Below, in pieces: positions 37,423-47,672 of a DNA stretch of 64,000 bases; within the stretch, counting starts at the first letter, position 1; the number at the start of each line of letters is the position of its first letter. The stretch is from an uncultured Actinomycetes bacterium. Its GTDB lineage: Bacteria > Actinomycetota > Thermoleophilia > Gaiellales > Gaiellaceae. The translations under genes were made by a program, and so were the position numbers. Under the pieces are notes generated by a model. That model did not search any database, was not told where the DNA came from, and saw only the letters and a program-made list of their open reading frames with translations. The stretch lies in contig CAWERG010000007.1 in NCBI GenBank assembly GCA_963811415.1, forward strand, positions 182,173 to 246,172, read 5' to 3'.

Positions 37423-38307
37423 ATGTCGCTCCAGCTGCTCTCCGGTGTCGGCGTGTGGAGCGGGGGTCTACGCCGCCATCCCGACGCCAGGGAGATCGCC
37501 GCAGCAGCGGCCGAGCTCGAGGAGCTCGGGTACACCGCACTCTTCGTCCCGGGTGGGAACGGCGGCGACGACGTGTTCGCCGCGATCGACAACCTGCTCG
37601 TGGCCACGACCTCGATACCTGTCATCACGGGCATTCTCGGCGTCTGGCAGTTCGACGCAGCGAAGGTGGCGACTGTCTGGTCGGATGTCGAGTCGCGACA
37701 CCCTGGGCGCTTCCACGTCGGTCTCGGCATCAGTCACGCGGCGCTCGTCGACCGGCACGAGCCCGGTCTTTACCGGAAGCCGTTCTCGAAGATGGTCGAA
37801 TACCTCGACGAGCTCGACCAGCTCGCGCCCGCTGTGCCACGCGAACGCCGTCTGATTGCCGCCCTCGGCCCTCGCATGCTCGAGCTCACCCGCGAGCGGA
37901 CGGCCGGGGCCCATCCGTATTTCGTGCCCGTAGAGCACACGCGGTTCGCACGCGAGCGGCTCGGAGCCGGCCGGCTGCTCGCGGTCGAGCAGGCCATCCT
38001 GCTCGAGACCGACCCGACCGCGGCACGCGAGCTCGCCCGCGACCACATGGCCGTCTACCTGGCGCTTCCCAACTACGTGAACAACCTCCTGCGCCACGGC
38101 TTCGAAGAGTCCGACGTCACCGACGGCGGCAGCGACCGGCTCGTCGACGCCATCGTCGCCTGGGGTGACGAAGACGCGATCGCTGCGCGCGTCGCCGCGC
38201 ATCGAGACGCGGGCGCGGATCACGTCTGCGTCCAGGTGATCGGGCCCCAGCAACAAGGGCTTCCTCTCGCCGACTGGCGCCGGATCGCCGTCGCGCTCGG
38301 CGTATAA
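37423..38307 (+). CDS. LLM class probable F420-dependent oxidoreductase (MSMEG_4141-like)
   Basis: GRFHVGLGISH, AALGPRML, GAHPYFVPVEHT, YLALPNY.NN, AGADHVCVQ. Confidence 0.88.
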   Translation: MSLQLLSGVGVWSGGLRRHPDAREIAAAAAELEELGYTALFVPGGNGGDDVFAAIDNLLVATTSIPVITGILGVWQFDAAKVATVWSDVESRHPGRFHVGLGISHAALVDRHEPGLYRKPFSKMVEYLDELDQLAPAVPRERRLIAALGPRMLELTRERTAGAHPYFVPVEHTRFARERLGAGRLLAVEQAILLETDPTAARELARDHMAVYLALPNYVNNLLRHGFEESDVTDGGSDRLVDAIVAWGDEDAIAARVAAHRDAGADHVCVQVIGPQQQGLPLADWRRIAVALGV

Positions 38308-38400
38308 TTCGACCAACCGTTTGCTTGACCGCCGTCGTAGCTGAGTCGTATGCTGGGTTCCCCTTTGCTCGTCGCGGCGAGCACGTCTGTTGGAGGTCGC

Positions 38401-40107
38401 ATGGCTGAGTGGGATCACGTCGCAGATGTCGTCGCGGTGGGCACAGGAGCCGCCGGCCTGGGCGCTGCGCTTGCCGCACACGCGAATGGGTTGGAGCCCA
38501 TCGTTCTCGAGCGGGCCGGGATGGTCGGCGGCTCGTCGATGCTTGCGGGCGGCGGCATGTGGGTGCCGTGCAACCACTTCATGCTCGCCGACGGCGACCA
38601 CGACAGCCGCGAGGTGGCGCTCGAGTACATGGAAAACCTGATCGGCGACCTGCCGCCGGCTTCGTCTCGCGTGCGCAAGGAGGCTTTCGTCGACAACGCG
38701 CCGAAGATGATCGAGTTCCTCGAGTCGCTCGGGCTGAAGTTTCGCCGCACCACGGGCTACCCGGACTACTTTCCCCACATAGCCGGCGGCAGTGAGGTCG
38801 GCCGCGGCGTCGAGTCGGTCATCTGGGACACGCGTGCGCTCGGCGAGTGGGTCGACAAGATCCCGCCCCGTGGCTTCCCGCGCAATCTTCCGCTCGGCAC
38901 CCTCGATGTTGCGAAGGTGGTGCTTGCCAAGCGCACATTCAGCGGCTTCCTCCGGCTCGCGCGCATCTACGCGCACCATTTCGTTGCGAAGATGCGTCGT
39001 CAGAAGCTCGTCGGCGGCGGCGGCGCCCTCGTCGGCCAGTTGCTCTACCAGACGATCAGCCGTGGTATTCCGGTGTGGCTCGAGACCCGTGTCGTGGAGC
39101 TCGTCGTCGAAGACGGTCGTGTCACCGGGGTCGTCGCCGAGCGCGACGGCAAAACGCTTCGCATCCAGGCTCGTCGCGCCGTGCATCTCGGTGCCGGCGG
39201 CTTCGCGCGCAACGAGGAGTTGCGCCAGAAGTACCAGCCGCACCCGATCACGAACACCTGGACATCGGCCTTTGCCGGCGACCTCGGCGACGGCTTGCTC
39301 CTCGGCCAGTCGGTCGGCGCCGCGACGGCGCTGCTCGACGAGGCGTGGTGGGGCCCATCGAGCGTCTTGCCGCCAAACGGCCCTGCAATCTTCCACGTTT
39401 CCGAGCGCTCGAAGCCTGGCTCGCTCATCGTCGATCAGTCAGGCGTGCGCTACTTCAACGAGTCGACCGATTACGTTCTGGCCGGCCAGACGATGTTCGA
39501 GCGCAATCGCGAGGTACCGGCGATCCCGTCCTATCTGATCTTCGACCAGCGCTACAGGAACCGATACCCGTTCGCGGCATTTCTCCCCGGACGGACGCCG
39601 CAGCATCTGATCGACAACGGCTACTTCAAGCGGGCAGACACGCTCGACGCGCTTGCCTCACTCTGCGAACTTCCGGCCGACGCGCTGACGGCCACGGTTG
39701 AGCGCTTCAACGGCCTTGCGAAGCAGGGCGTCGACGAGGACTTCCATCGCGGCGAAAACGCCTACGACACGTATTACGGCGATCCGCGCGTAAAGCCCAA
39801 CTCGTGCCTGGCACCGATCGAAGTTGCTCCGTTCTACGCAGTGGCCCTCTACCCCGGAGACCTCGGTACCAAGGGCGGGCTCGTCACCGACGAGCGGGGT
39901 CGCGTGCTGCGCGAGGACGGCAGCGTCGTCGACGGGCTCTATGCGTCGGGCAACACAACGGCGTCGGTAATGGGACGGCGCTATCCAGGCCCCGGCGTCA
40001 CACTTGCTCCGGCTCTGACGTTCTCGTGGCTCGCCATGCTCGACGTCGCCGGCAAGACCGCTCCGGGAGCGGAGGAGCTAGCACGCACCGGTTCCACCGG
40101 CGCATGA
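38401..40107 (+). CDS. kstD: 3-ketosteroid delta-1-dehydrogenase-like flavoprotein
   Basis: GTGAAG, GGSS..AGGGMWVP, YPDY, NESTDY, DLGTKGG, YPGPG (KstD catalytic Tyr/Gly positions present); GGAGG SD. Confidence 0.8.
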   Translation: MAEWDHVADVVAVGTGAAGLGAALAAHANGLEPIVLERAGMVGGSSMLAGGGMWVPCNHFMLADGDHDSREVALEYMENLIGDLPPASSRVRKEAFVDNAPKMIEFLESLGLKFRRTTGYPDYFPHIAGGSEVGRGVESVIWDTRALGEWVDKIPPRGFPRNLPLGTLDVAKVVLAKRTFSGFLRLARIYAHHFVAKMRRQKLVGGGGALVGQLLYQTISRGIPVWLETRVVELVVEDGRVTGVVAERDGKTLRIQARRAVHLGAGGFARNEELRQKYQPHPITNTWTSAFAGDLGDGLLLGQSVGAATALLDEAWWGPSSVLPPNGPAIFHVSERSKPGSLIVDQSGVRYFNESTDYVLAGQTMFERNREVPAIPSYLIFDQRYRNRYPFAAFLPGRTPQHLIDNGYFKRADTLDALASLCELPADALTATVERFNGLAKQGVDEDFHRGENAYDTYYGDPRVKPNSCLAPIEVAPFYAVALYPGDLGTKGGLVTDERGRVLREDGSVVDGLYASGNTTASVMGRRYPGPGVTLAPALTFSWLAMLDVAGKTAPGAEELARTGSTGA

Positions 40108-42011
40108 CGACGACAGCGGTGTCTGCCCTCTTCGAACCCCTCGAGTTCGCGGGACTGCGGCTGAAGAATCGGCTCGTCATGGCGCCGATGGGCAGCTGCC
40201 AGTCGGACCACGACGGGTACGTCACCGACCAGACCGTCGCGTACTACCGACGCAGAGCGGAGGGGGGTGTCGGGACGATCACGGTCGAGGCAGCACTTGT
40301 CACGCCCGAGTCACACGGCCACGAGCCCCGGCTGCACGGACCCGAGTTCGTCCCGGGGATGCGCCGGGTCGTGGACGCGATCCGCGAGCACGGCGCCACG
40401 GTCGGCCTCCAGCTGATGCACCCGGGGCGGCAGGTCACTTCGGGCCCATCTGTCGCGCCCTCTGCGGTCGCGCTCAACTCGATGGCACCGGTGCCGCATG
40501 CCATGAGCGGCGAGGAGGTCGAGGTCGCAGTGAGGCAGTACGCCGTGTCGGCGCGCCTCGCCCAGGAGGCGGGCTTCGAGTTCGTCGAGGTTCACGGCGC
40601 TCACGGCTACCTCCCTTCGGACTTTCTCTCGCCGGTCGTCAACCAGCGCACCGACGGGTACGGCGGAGCTCTCGAGAACCGTGCGCGCTTCGTGCTCGAG
40701 GTCGCGCGTGCGATCATCGAGGCGGTCGACATCCCGCTGTTCTGGCGCCTGAGCGGCGAGGAGCTGACCAAAGGCGGCTACACCCTCGAGGACCAGGTGC
40801 AGGTTGCACGAATGCTCGAAGAGGTCGGCGTCGCCTGTCTCAGCATCTCCGCGGGGACCTGGCACTCGCTCCAGGTGACCGTCGCACCGATGTTCGTGCC
40901 GCGCGGGCACATGGTCGCGTACGCCGCGCGCATCAAGCAGGAGGTCTCGATCCCGGTCATCGCCGTTGGTCGCCTGGACGACCCTCTGCTTGCCGAGCAG
41001 GTCGTGGCGGAGGGATCTGCGGATCTCGTGATGATCGGCCGAGGCCTCCTTGCCGATCCCGACTGGCCCCGGAAGGTCGAGGAGGGCCATCCCGACGCCG
41101 TTCGTCCCTGTATCGCGTGCAATGCGTGCGTCGATCTGATCGCGCGCGGCTACGAGATGCGCTGTGCCGTAAACCCCGAGCTCGGCTCGGAGAGCACGTG
41201 GGAGCTCGTGCCGGCAGAGCCGCGAAACGTGATGGTCGTCGGCGCGGGGCCCGCCGGCATGGAGGCGGCGCGCGTCGCGCGCCTTCGCGGGCATCGAGTC
41301 TCCCTCTGGGAGCGGGACGGCGTGATTGGAGGCAAGCTCGACGTTGCGTCGCGCGCACCGAGCAAGAGTGAGGTCCTGCGATTCCGCGACTACCAGACGC
41401 GCCTGCTGACCGAGCTCGGCATCGACATCCATCCGGGCGTCGAGGTGACTGCTGAGGATGTTGAGCGCGAGAGCCCGGACGTCGTCGTCGTCGCGACCGG
41501 CGCCGACCCGCTCTTCCCGCCGATTCCGGGCATCGATGGCGAGAAGGTCGTCGACGCGCAGGAGATCCTCTATCGCCGAGTGCCGCTGGAGCCCGGCGAC
41601 AGGATCGTGGTCGTGGGGGGGAGCGCAACCGGCTGTGAGACCGCTGAGTTCCTCATCGCCGAAGGCTACGACGTCGTCATCGTCGAGATGCTGAAGTCGA
41701 TCGGCCATGGCATCGAGCAGATCACCCGCCGCCGCCTCGTGCGCGAGCTCCGTGCGACGGGCGCCGAGGTGCTGACGAGCTCGAAGGTGACGCGCATCGA
41801 GCCGGGCAATGTCGTGTATGAGTCAGAGGACGGGACGAAGCACGATCTGCCCGCCGACTGGATTGCGCTTGCCGTCGGCTGGCGGCCGCGCGGCGACGCT
41901 CTCGCGGCGACGCTCGACGGACGACAGGTCGTCGTCATCGGCGATGCGGATCGGCCGGCCGACTTCGTCGCGGCGGTGGGCGCAGCCGCCGAGGCAGCTC
42001 GGATTATCTAG
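40104..42011 (+). CDS. FMN/Fe-S/FAD oxidoreductase (FadH/BaiCD-like Old Yellow Enzyme family)
   Basis: NRLVMAPM, HGAHGYL, N.RTD.YGG, CIACNAC..C.VNP cluster motif, VVGAGPAG. Confidence 0.9.
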   Translation: MTTTAVSALFEPLEFAGLRLKNRLVMAPMGSCQSDHDGYVTDQTVAYYRRRAEGGVGTITVEAALVTPESHGHEPRLHGPEFVPGMRRVVDAIREHGATVGLQLMHPGRQVTSGPSVAPSAVALNSMAPVPHAMSGEEVEVAVRQYAVSARLAQEAGFEFVEVHGAHGYLPSDFLSPVVNQRTDGYGGALENRARFVLEVARAIIEAVDIPLFWRLSGEELTKGGYTLEDQVQVARMLEEVGVACLSISAGTWHSLQVTVAPMFVPRGHMVAYAARIKQEVSIPVIAVGRLDDPLLAEQVVAEGSADLVMIGRGLLADPDWPRKVEEGHPDAVRPCIACNACVDLIARGYEMRCAVNPELGSESTWELVPAEPRNVMVVGAGPAGMEAARVARLRGHRVSLWERDGVIGGKLDVASRAPSKSEVLRFRDYQTRLLTELGIDIHPGVEVTAEDVERESPDVVVVATGADPLFPPIPGIDGEKVVDAQEILYRRVPLEPGDRIVVVGGSATGCETAEFLIAEGYDVVIVEMLKSIGHGIEQITRRRLVRELRATGAEVLTSSKVTRIEPGNVVYESEDGTKHDLPADWIALAVGWRPRGDALAATLDGRQVVVIGDADRPADFVAAVGAAAEAARII

Positions 42012-42017
42012 CGTCCT

Positions 42018-44207
42018 CTACAGCGCCGCGACCGCGTCGCGCACGCGGTCGGGCGTCAGCGGCAGATCGTAGAGCCGGACTCCGAGCGCGGCTCGGACGG
42101 CGTTGCCGATTGCAGCGGCGGTCGGGCCTTGCGTCGCTTCGCCCGCACCGAGGTACGGTGCGCCAGGGCGGTCGACGAGCACGGTCTCGATCTCGGGGAC
42201 AGCGTCGAAGCGGAGAATCGGGTACGAGTCCCAGTCGAGCGAGGTTACCCGCGTGCGGTCGAAGCCCACCTCCTCGTAGAGGGTCCAGCTGATCGACTGG
42301 ACAGCGCCTCCCTCCAGCTGATTCATGAGGCCGCTCGGGTCAACGACCTGGCCCGCGTCGGCGCCGATCACGACACGGTCGACCGAGATCTGCGCGGTGT
42401 CGTCCGCGATGCTGACGTCTACCACGACGGCGGCGTACGCAGCGGAGTTCTTGTAGCGCGCGAAAGCCAGTCCCGAGCCTCGGCCGAGCTCGCCGTCGGC
42501 CGGGCCCCAGCCGGCCCGCTCCGCCGCGGCGAGCAGTACGGCTCGCGCGCGCTCGTCCTCCAGGTGCGAGAGGCGGAAGTCGAGCGGGTCGCTGCCTGCC
42601 GCGCGGGCGAGGTCGTCCATCAGCGCTTCGATCGCAAAGACGTTGACGTATGCGCCGAGTGCGCGGGTCGATGAGGTTCGCAGCGGCGCAGCGCGGATGA
42701 AATGCTTGACGATGCGCTTTGCAGGGACGTCGTAGATCGGCGTCGCGTTGCGGTGGATGCCGGCTTCCGGGAGGAGCAGGGGCCCCGGTACCTCGCGCGG
42801 GACGGGTGGATCGAGGCGCCATGCAGCAGCGAAGCCGGTGCGCTCGCCGAACGGGAACGGGCGGGCGTTATGCGTCGTACCCCACGCGTCGAGATCCCAT
42901 GCGAGCAGGCGTCCCTCGCCGTCGAGGCTGGCGCGGGTGCGCACGACCCCCGGCGGTGCATAGGGCTCTGATCCGTGCTCGTCGCTGCGTGTCCACTTGA
43001 GCAGCACCGGCCGGTCGGGGACAGCGCGGGCAAGGAGCGCGGCCTCGAAGGCCGCATCGTCGGCGCCGTTGTGCCCATAGCAGCCGGCACCGCGGACGTG
43101 GACGACGCGGATGTCGTCCTGCTCCATTCCGAGTGCCTGGGCGAGAGCCGGGCGCACCATGTGCACGGCCTGCGAATGGGACCACACGGTGAGCGCCCCG
43201 CCGCGCCATTCGGCGAGGGCGGACGAGGGACCGATCGAGCCGTGCATCTGGAAGGCCCGGGTGAACGTCGCCTCGATCGTCGCGGACGCATTGGCCGGCG
43301 CGGGCTCGGCGACGGGCACAGGGCCGTCGACCGGTGCGCCTCCGACGACGAGGTAATCCTCGGTCGGCTGCTCGAGCAGCCAGGCTGCGAGCTCTCGCTG
43401 TTCGGGCAACGCGTCGCGCTCCTCCCAGCTCGCCGAGGCCTCGAGTGCGCCGTGCGCGTGAATGACATTCTCCTCGCGCTCGCCGACGACGCCGACGAAG
43501 CCGCCGTTGCGGATGACCGCGGCGATGCCCGGCAGTGCGGCTGCGGCTTCGACGTCGGCGTCGATCAGGACAGCGCTCTGGCTGGGCGGATGGAGCACGC
43601 GTGCGTGCAACATCCCTGGCGGCGCGAGGTCGTCGAGGAACCGCGCCGTTCCCGTGACGAGAGCGACCAGTTCGTCCGAAGGGCCGGATCGTCCGACCAC
43701 TCGGTACTCCTCCGGCTGCTTCGGAGTGACGTCGCCGCGGACGGGCACCTCGAACCGTCGGCCGCCGAGGAGCTGCCAGTACGTGATCGAAGCACCTCGG
43801 CTCGTAGTAACCGTTCCGTCGTCGACGCTGAGCGTGCCGACGTCGGCGCCGAGCTCGGTCGCGGCGAGCGCGAGCAAGTGGCTTCGTGCCTCGGCCGCAG
43901 CCTGTCTGATCGAACTGCCGCTCTGCGACATCGAGAGGCTGCCTGCGGTGATGATCTCGTCCGGCCCCTCGCCGGTGTCGGCTGTGCGTACGTTGATTCG
44001 GCCCAGTCCGACGTCCAGCTCCTCGGCCGCCACCCGCGCGAGCGCGCGGCTGATGCCCTGACCGATCTCTACTTTGCCCGTGAAGATGGTGACGGTCTCC
44101 GCTTCGTCGATTCGGATCCACGTGTCCAGCTCGGGGTTGCGGCCGAGACTGGAGTCGCCGGCGCTCCTCGCATGGTCGGTGCCGCTCTTCGGGTCGCTAG
44201 CGCTCAG
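42018..44207 (-). CDS. Xanthine dehydrogenase-family molybdopterin-binding large subunit (IorB/NicB-like); probable CTG start
   Basis: FTGKVEIGQG, TAGSLS, HGSIGPS, GAGCYGHNGADD, NQLEGG, GAGE; CTGA overlap with the small-subunit stop. Confidence 0.85.
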   Translation of the reverse strand: MSASDPKSGTDHARSAGDSSLGRNPELDTWIRIDEAETVTIFTGKVEIGQGISRALARVAAEELDVGLGRINVRTADTGEGPDEIITAGSLSMSQSGSSIRQAAAEARSHLLALAATELGADVGTLSVDDGTVTTSRGASITYWQLLGGRRFEVPVRGDVTPKQPEEYRVVGRSGPSDELVALVTGTARFLDDLAPPGMLHARVLHPPSQSAVLIDADVEAAAALPGIAAVIRNGGFVGVVGEREENVIHAHGALEASASWEERDALPEQRELAAWLLEQPTEDYLVVGGAPVDGPVPVAEPAPANASATIEATFTRAFQMHGSIGPSSALAEWRGGALTVWSHSQAVHMVRPALAQALGMEQDDIRVVHVRGAGCYGHNGADDAAFEAALLARAVPDRPVLLKWTRSDEHGSEPYAPPGVVRTRASLDGEGRLLAWDLDAWGTTHNARPFPFGERTGFAAAWRLDPPVPREVPGPLLLPEAGIHRNATPIYDVPAKRIVKHFIRAAPLRTSSTRALGAYVNVFAIEALMDDLARAAGSDPLDFRLSHLEDERARAVLLAAAERAGWGPADGELGRGSGLAFARYKNSAAYAAVVVDVSIADDTAQISVDRVVIGADAGQVVDPSGLMNQLEGGAVQSISWTLYEEVGFDRTRVTSLDWDSYPILRFDAVPEIETVLVDRPGAPYLGAGEATQGPTAAAIGNAVRAALGVRLYDLPLTPDRVRDAVAAL

Positions 44208-44673
44208 CGTGAGCTCATACGTCGAAGAGCACGGAGGATTCGCGGATGCGAGCCGCACCGACAGAGATGACCCCAAAGGGCCTCGCGGATCTCTGCCTCG
44301 CTCGGGCTCGGCCGACGCTCGAGCAGCGCAGTCGCGGCGACCGTCATGGCAGGAACGCAGTACCCACATTGCGTCGCCTGCTCGTCGACGAACGCCTGCT
44401 GGACCGGGTGCAGTCGAGCCGGAGCCCCGAGCCTTCCGCCGTGACGACCTGCCGGCCTACAACGAGCTCAACCGGGGTCGTGCACGACGTCACCGCCTCG
44501 CCGTCGACCATCACCTTGCACGCGCGGCACTGCTCGAGCGCGCAGCCGAGCTTTGCAGCCTTCAGGTCGAGATCGTTGCGGAGGACGAGTAAAAGGGGCG
44601 TGAGCGGATCGGCATCCACGTACACCACGCGTCCGTTGACGTTCAACGGACGCCCGTTGCCGCCATCGGTCAC
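44204..44673 (-). CDS. 2x[2Fe-2S] small subunit of the Mo-hydroxylase (1-nt deletion near 44431 as sequenced)
   Basis: KLGCALEQCRAC..SC, then in a shifted frame LHPVQQAF..QCGYC..HLCRCG. Confidence 0.85.
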
Positions 44674-45095
44674 GGTGTGCTTGGAGCCGTCCGGGTCGTG
44701 ATCACCACACTGCCCTGGAGCACGAGTCGATCGCCGACGCGCGCTTCTACCTCGAGCGTCGCAAGCTCGGCCGCCTCATCGACCTCGAGCACGCGACCCG
44801 TGCACTCCACGCGGTCGCCTGCAAACACGTTCCCGAGGAACCTGACTCCGACCGACCGAAGCGTCGAGACGCCGCCCGACCAGTTCGTGACCATGTTGAG
44901 GAGGTACGAGAGATGCGTCGGACCCTGGTTCACGACTCGATCGCCCATTCCAAGCTCCCGGACTCGCTCGGGATCGAAATGGATCGGGTTCGGATCCCGG
45001 AGGATCGCTGCCATGATCTTCATCTTCTCCGCGTCGACCGTCTCGATCACGAGTGGCGGCAGCTCGGCGCCGACTTCGAACTGAGACGGAATCAC
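44670..45095 (-). CDS. MaoC family dehydratase
   Basis: DPNPIHFD hydratase-2 motif, VNQGP, RFLGNVFAGD. Confidence 0.85.
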   Translation of the reverse strand: MIPSQFEVGAELPPLVIETVDAEKMKIMAAILRDPNPIHFDPERVRELGMGDRVVNQGPTHLSYLLNMVTNWSGGVSTLRSVGVRFLGNVFAGDRVECTGRVLEVDEAAELATLEVEARVGDRLVLQGSVVITTRTAPSTP

Positions 45096-45538
45096 GCGGC
45101 TGCCTCCCGGCGTGGGAAGACGAAGCTCGTCGTGCTGACCGCGACGGGCTCGCGCGTGTCCGGCTCGAGAACCCGTAGCTCGAACGTCGCGATGTCGAAG
45201 ACGCCGGCTCGACGGCCCTCCTTGCGCACGACGTCGACGATTCCGCCCTCGACCGCGTACTCGTGCTCGATCTGGAGCGGCCGGGTGAACTCGAAGCGCT
45301 GGTCGCCGACCATGATCCCCGAGTCCTCCGATGCCTCCATCAGGTCGAAGATGTCCTGGAAGACGATGCCCGAGCCCTGCACGGCGGCGTAGTAGACGAG
45401 AACGGGGTGCACATCGGGCGACGGGTCGGACTCCGCCGCAACAGCGTCGCCCCAGAGCCGGTTCATCCAGTACGGGACGGTCGTCGTCCCGCCCGGGAAG
45501 CGGTGCCCGATCACATGGCTGTAGTCCGCGCGAGACAT
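45092..45538 (-). CDS. Hot-dog fold partner subunit (MaoC N-terminal/HadA-like)
   Basis: GDQRFEFTRPL, DVVRKEGRRAG.FD, TTSFVFPR; coupled to the MaoC gene. Confidence 0.7.
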   Translation of the reverse strand: MSRADYSHVIGHRFPGGTTTVPYWMNRLWGDAVAAESDPSPDVHPVLVYYAAVQGSGIVFQDIFDLMEASEDSGIMVGDQRFEFTRPLQIEHEYAVEGGIVDVVRKEGRRAGVFDIATFELRVLEPDTREPVAVSTTSFVFPRREAAA

Positions 45539-45558
45539 GATGAGTGGGCCAATCATAA

Positions 45559-45572
45559 ACCGAACGTTTGGT
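45559..45572. promoter_or_regulatory. 14-bp palindromic operator candidate (TetR-type) between divergent operons
   Basis: ACCGAACGTTTGGT between minus-strand TATGAT (45552-45557) and plus-strand TAGATT (45591-45596). Confidence 0.55.
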
Positions 45573-45603
45573 CGATGTGGTCTGTCCTGTTAGATTCCTA
45601 GAC

Positions 45604-46791
45604 ATGGCCGACGTGTTGACGGACTCCGGGCTCAGCTTCAGCTTCACCGAGGAGCAGCAGCTCTTCCGCGAGCTCGCTCCGCGAGCTCGTCGAGAACGAG
45701 TTCTCGAAGGACTACTGCCGGGAGGTCGAGGCGCGCGAGGAGTTCCCGTGGGATCTCTGGGAGAAGCTCGGCGAGAACGGCCTCACCGGCGTCGGCATCC
45801 CCGAGGAGTACGGCGGACAGGGCGGCGGGATCCTCGAGCAGGTGATCCTCGACGAGGAGCTTTCGCGAACGATGGCGGGCCTCTACTGGTTGCTCGGCAT
45901 CACGCTCTTCGACGCGAAGACGATCGCGGCGCACGGGACGGACGAGCAGAAGCAGCCGCCTGCTTCCCGAGATCGCCGCCGGCAAGCTGATGTTCGCGAT
46001 CTCGCTCACCGAGCCGGGCGGCGGCACCGACGTGCTCGGCGCCATGCAGACCCGCGCCAAGAAGGTCGACGGCGGCTGGGTCGTCAACGGCACGAAGATC
46101 TGGTCGACGCTCGCCCACGCGGCGGATCGGCTCTTCCTGGTCGCGCGCACCGACGACGACGTCGCGAAGCCGTCCCACGGCATCACGGTCTTCCTCGTCG
46201 ACGCGAAGGCCGACGGTGTCACCGCGACGCCGATCCCGAAGCTCGGCATGCGGTCGCTCGGCAGCTGCGAGGTTCTGCTCGACGACGTCTTCGTCGCGGA
46301 CGAGGACGTTCTCGGCGAGGTCGGGCAGCGGCTGGCGGATCCTCGCCGAGACGCTGAACAGCGAGCGGATCATGAACGGCGCCAACTGCTCGGGCGCACT
46401 CGAGGGCGTGCTCGAGGACATGGTCGCCTATGCCAAGGAGCGCATCGTCTTCGGCAAGCCGATCGGCCAGTTCCAGGCGGTGCAGCACATGATCGCCGAC
46501 ACCTACATCGGCCTCGAGACTGCCCGGCTGCTCACGTATCGGGCGGCGTGGCTCCAGGCGAACGGACGACCGTGCGGCGTCGAGTCGACGATGGCGAAGA
46601 TCGTCGCCTCGGAGGTCTGCTTCGCCGGCGCCGACCGCGGGATGCAGGTCCTCGGCGGCTACGGCTACGCGATGGAGTACGACATGCAGCGCTACTGGCG
46701 CGACATGCGCCTCTACCGGGTCGCGCCGATCAACAACGAGATGGGACGCAACTTCCTCGCCGAGAGCTTCGGGCTGCCGCGATCGTTTTGA
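45604..46791 (+). pseudogene. Acyl-CoA dehydrogenase, frameshifted as sequenced (probably errors)
   Basis: FTEEQ, IPEEYGG.G, SLTEPGGGTD, NGTKIW, LNSER, FGKPIGQFQAVQH, QVLGGYGY..EY..QRYWRD. Confidence 0.9.
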
Positions 46792-47672
46792 GCCCACGCG
46801 TCCACATCTCGTGCGGGTTCCTACCCGAGCGCGATGTGCTCGATCTCGTCCCGGCCATCGAGCGGCTCGGCTTCGACGGGATCACGCTTCCCGACCACCT
46901 CTTTCTCCACCACGCGGTCGACGGCCGCTATCCGCACACGCCGGACGGCAAGCCACCATTCAGCGTCGACACCCCGTGGCCCGACCCGCTCACCCTGATC
47001 GGCGCGCTCAGCATGGTGACGTCGTCGCTACGGTTCATGACGGGCGTCCTGATCCTCCCGCTCCGCAATCCGGTGGTCTTCGCGAAGGCGGCCGCGACCG
47101 CCGCGCGGCTCTCGAACGGCCGCGTCGTGCTTGGCGTTGGCGTCGGTTGGATGCGCGAGGAGTTCGACGTGTTGGGGGTCGACTTCGCGACCCGCGGGGC
47201 GAGAACGAACGAGATGATCGATCTCCTGCGCACGCTCTGGCAGCCGGGGCCCGTCGAATACGAGGGCAGGTTCTTCTCGATCCCCCCGCTCGTGATGGAG
47301 CCCGTTCCTCCGCCGATCCCGATCGTCATCGGGGGCAACTCTGACGCTGCCCTCAAGCGCGCCGCCAAGCGTGGCGACGGTTTCATCATGCCCACTCAGG
47401 GGCTCGCTGCGGTGCCCGAGATGCTGGGCCGCGTGCGCGAAGCCCTCGCCGCCGAGGATCGCGATCCCGCGAGCCTCGACCTCTTCGTTCCCTGTCTCGC
47501 CGCCACCGCGGACGAGATTCTCGAGATCCTCGAGCCTGGCGTCACCGACGTGGTCGTGATGCCGTGGCCGCACGCTGGAAAGGAGACGACCTCCGTGGAC
47601 GAGAAATTGGAGCATCTTGAGCGTTACGCGGCGGAGACGCTGCCCCACATCCAAGTGGCGGTGGCGTCATGA
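46788..47672 (+). CDS. LLM class probable F420-dependent oxidoreductase (Rv2161c-like)
   Basis: PDH..YPHTPDG..WPDP, ILPLRNP, LGVGVGWMREEF; TTGA overlap. Confidence 0.88.
   Translation: MSPRVHISCGFLPERDVLDLVPAIERLGFDGITLPDHLFLHHAVDGRYPHTPDGKPPFSVDTPWPDPLTLIGALSMVTSSLRFMTGVLILPLRNPVVFAKAAATAARLSNGRVVLGVGVGWMREEFDVLGVDFATRGARTNEMIDLLRTLWQPGPVEYEGRFFSIPPLVMEPVPPPIPIVIGGNSDAALKRAAKRGDGFIMPTQGLAAVPEMLGRVREALAAEDRDPASLDLFVPCLAATADEILEILEPGVTDVVVMPWPHAGKETTSVDEKLEHLERYAAETLPHIQVAVAS

Noticed and set aside
37468-39396. Long antisense or alternate-frame ORFs (e.g. 642 aa here, 661-1905, 52920-54572, 40311-41708)
   Set aside because: Shadow ORFs of well-supported genes; stop codons are scarce at high GC and no family motifs are present
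45990-47672. 560-aa ACAD-LLM fusion
   Set aside because: The ACAD C-terminal half is in frame 46216-46791; an indel near 46325 causes read-through, and the LLM has its own TTGA-coupled start
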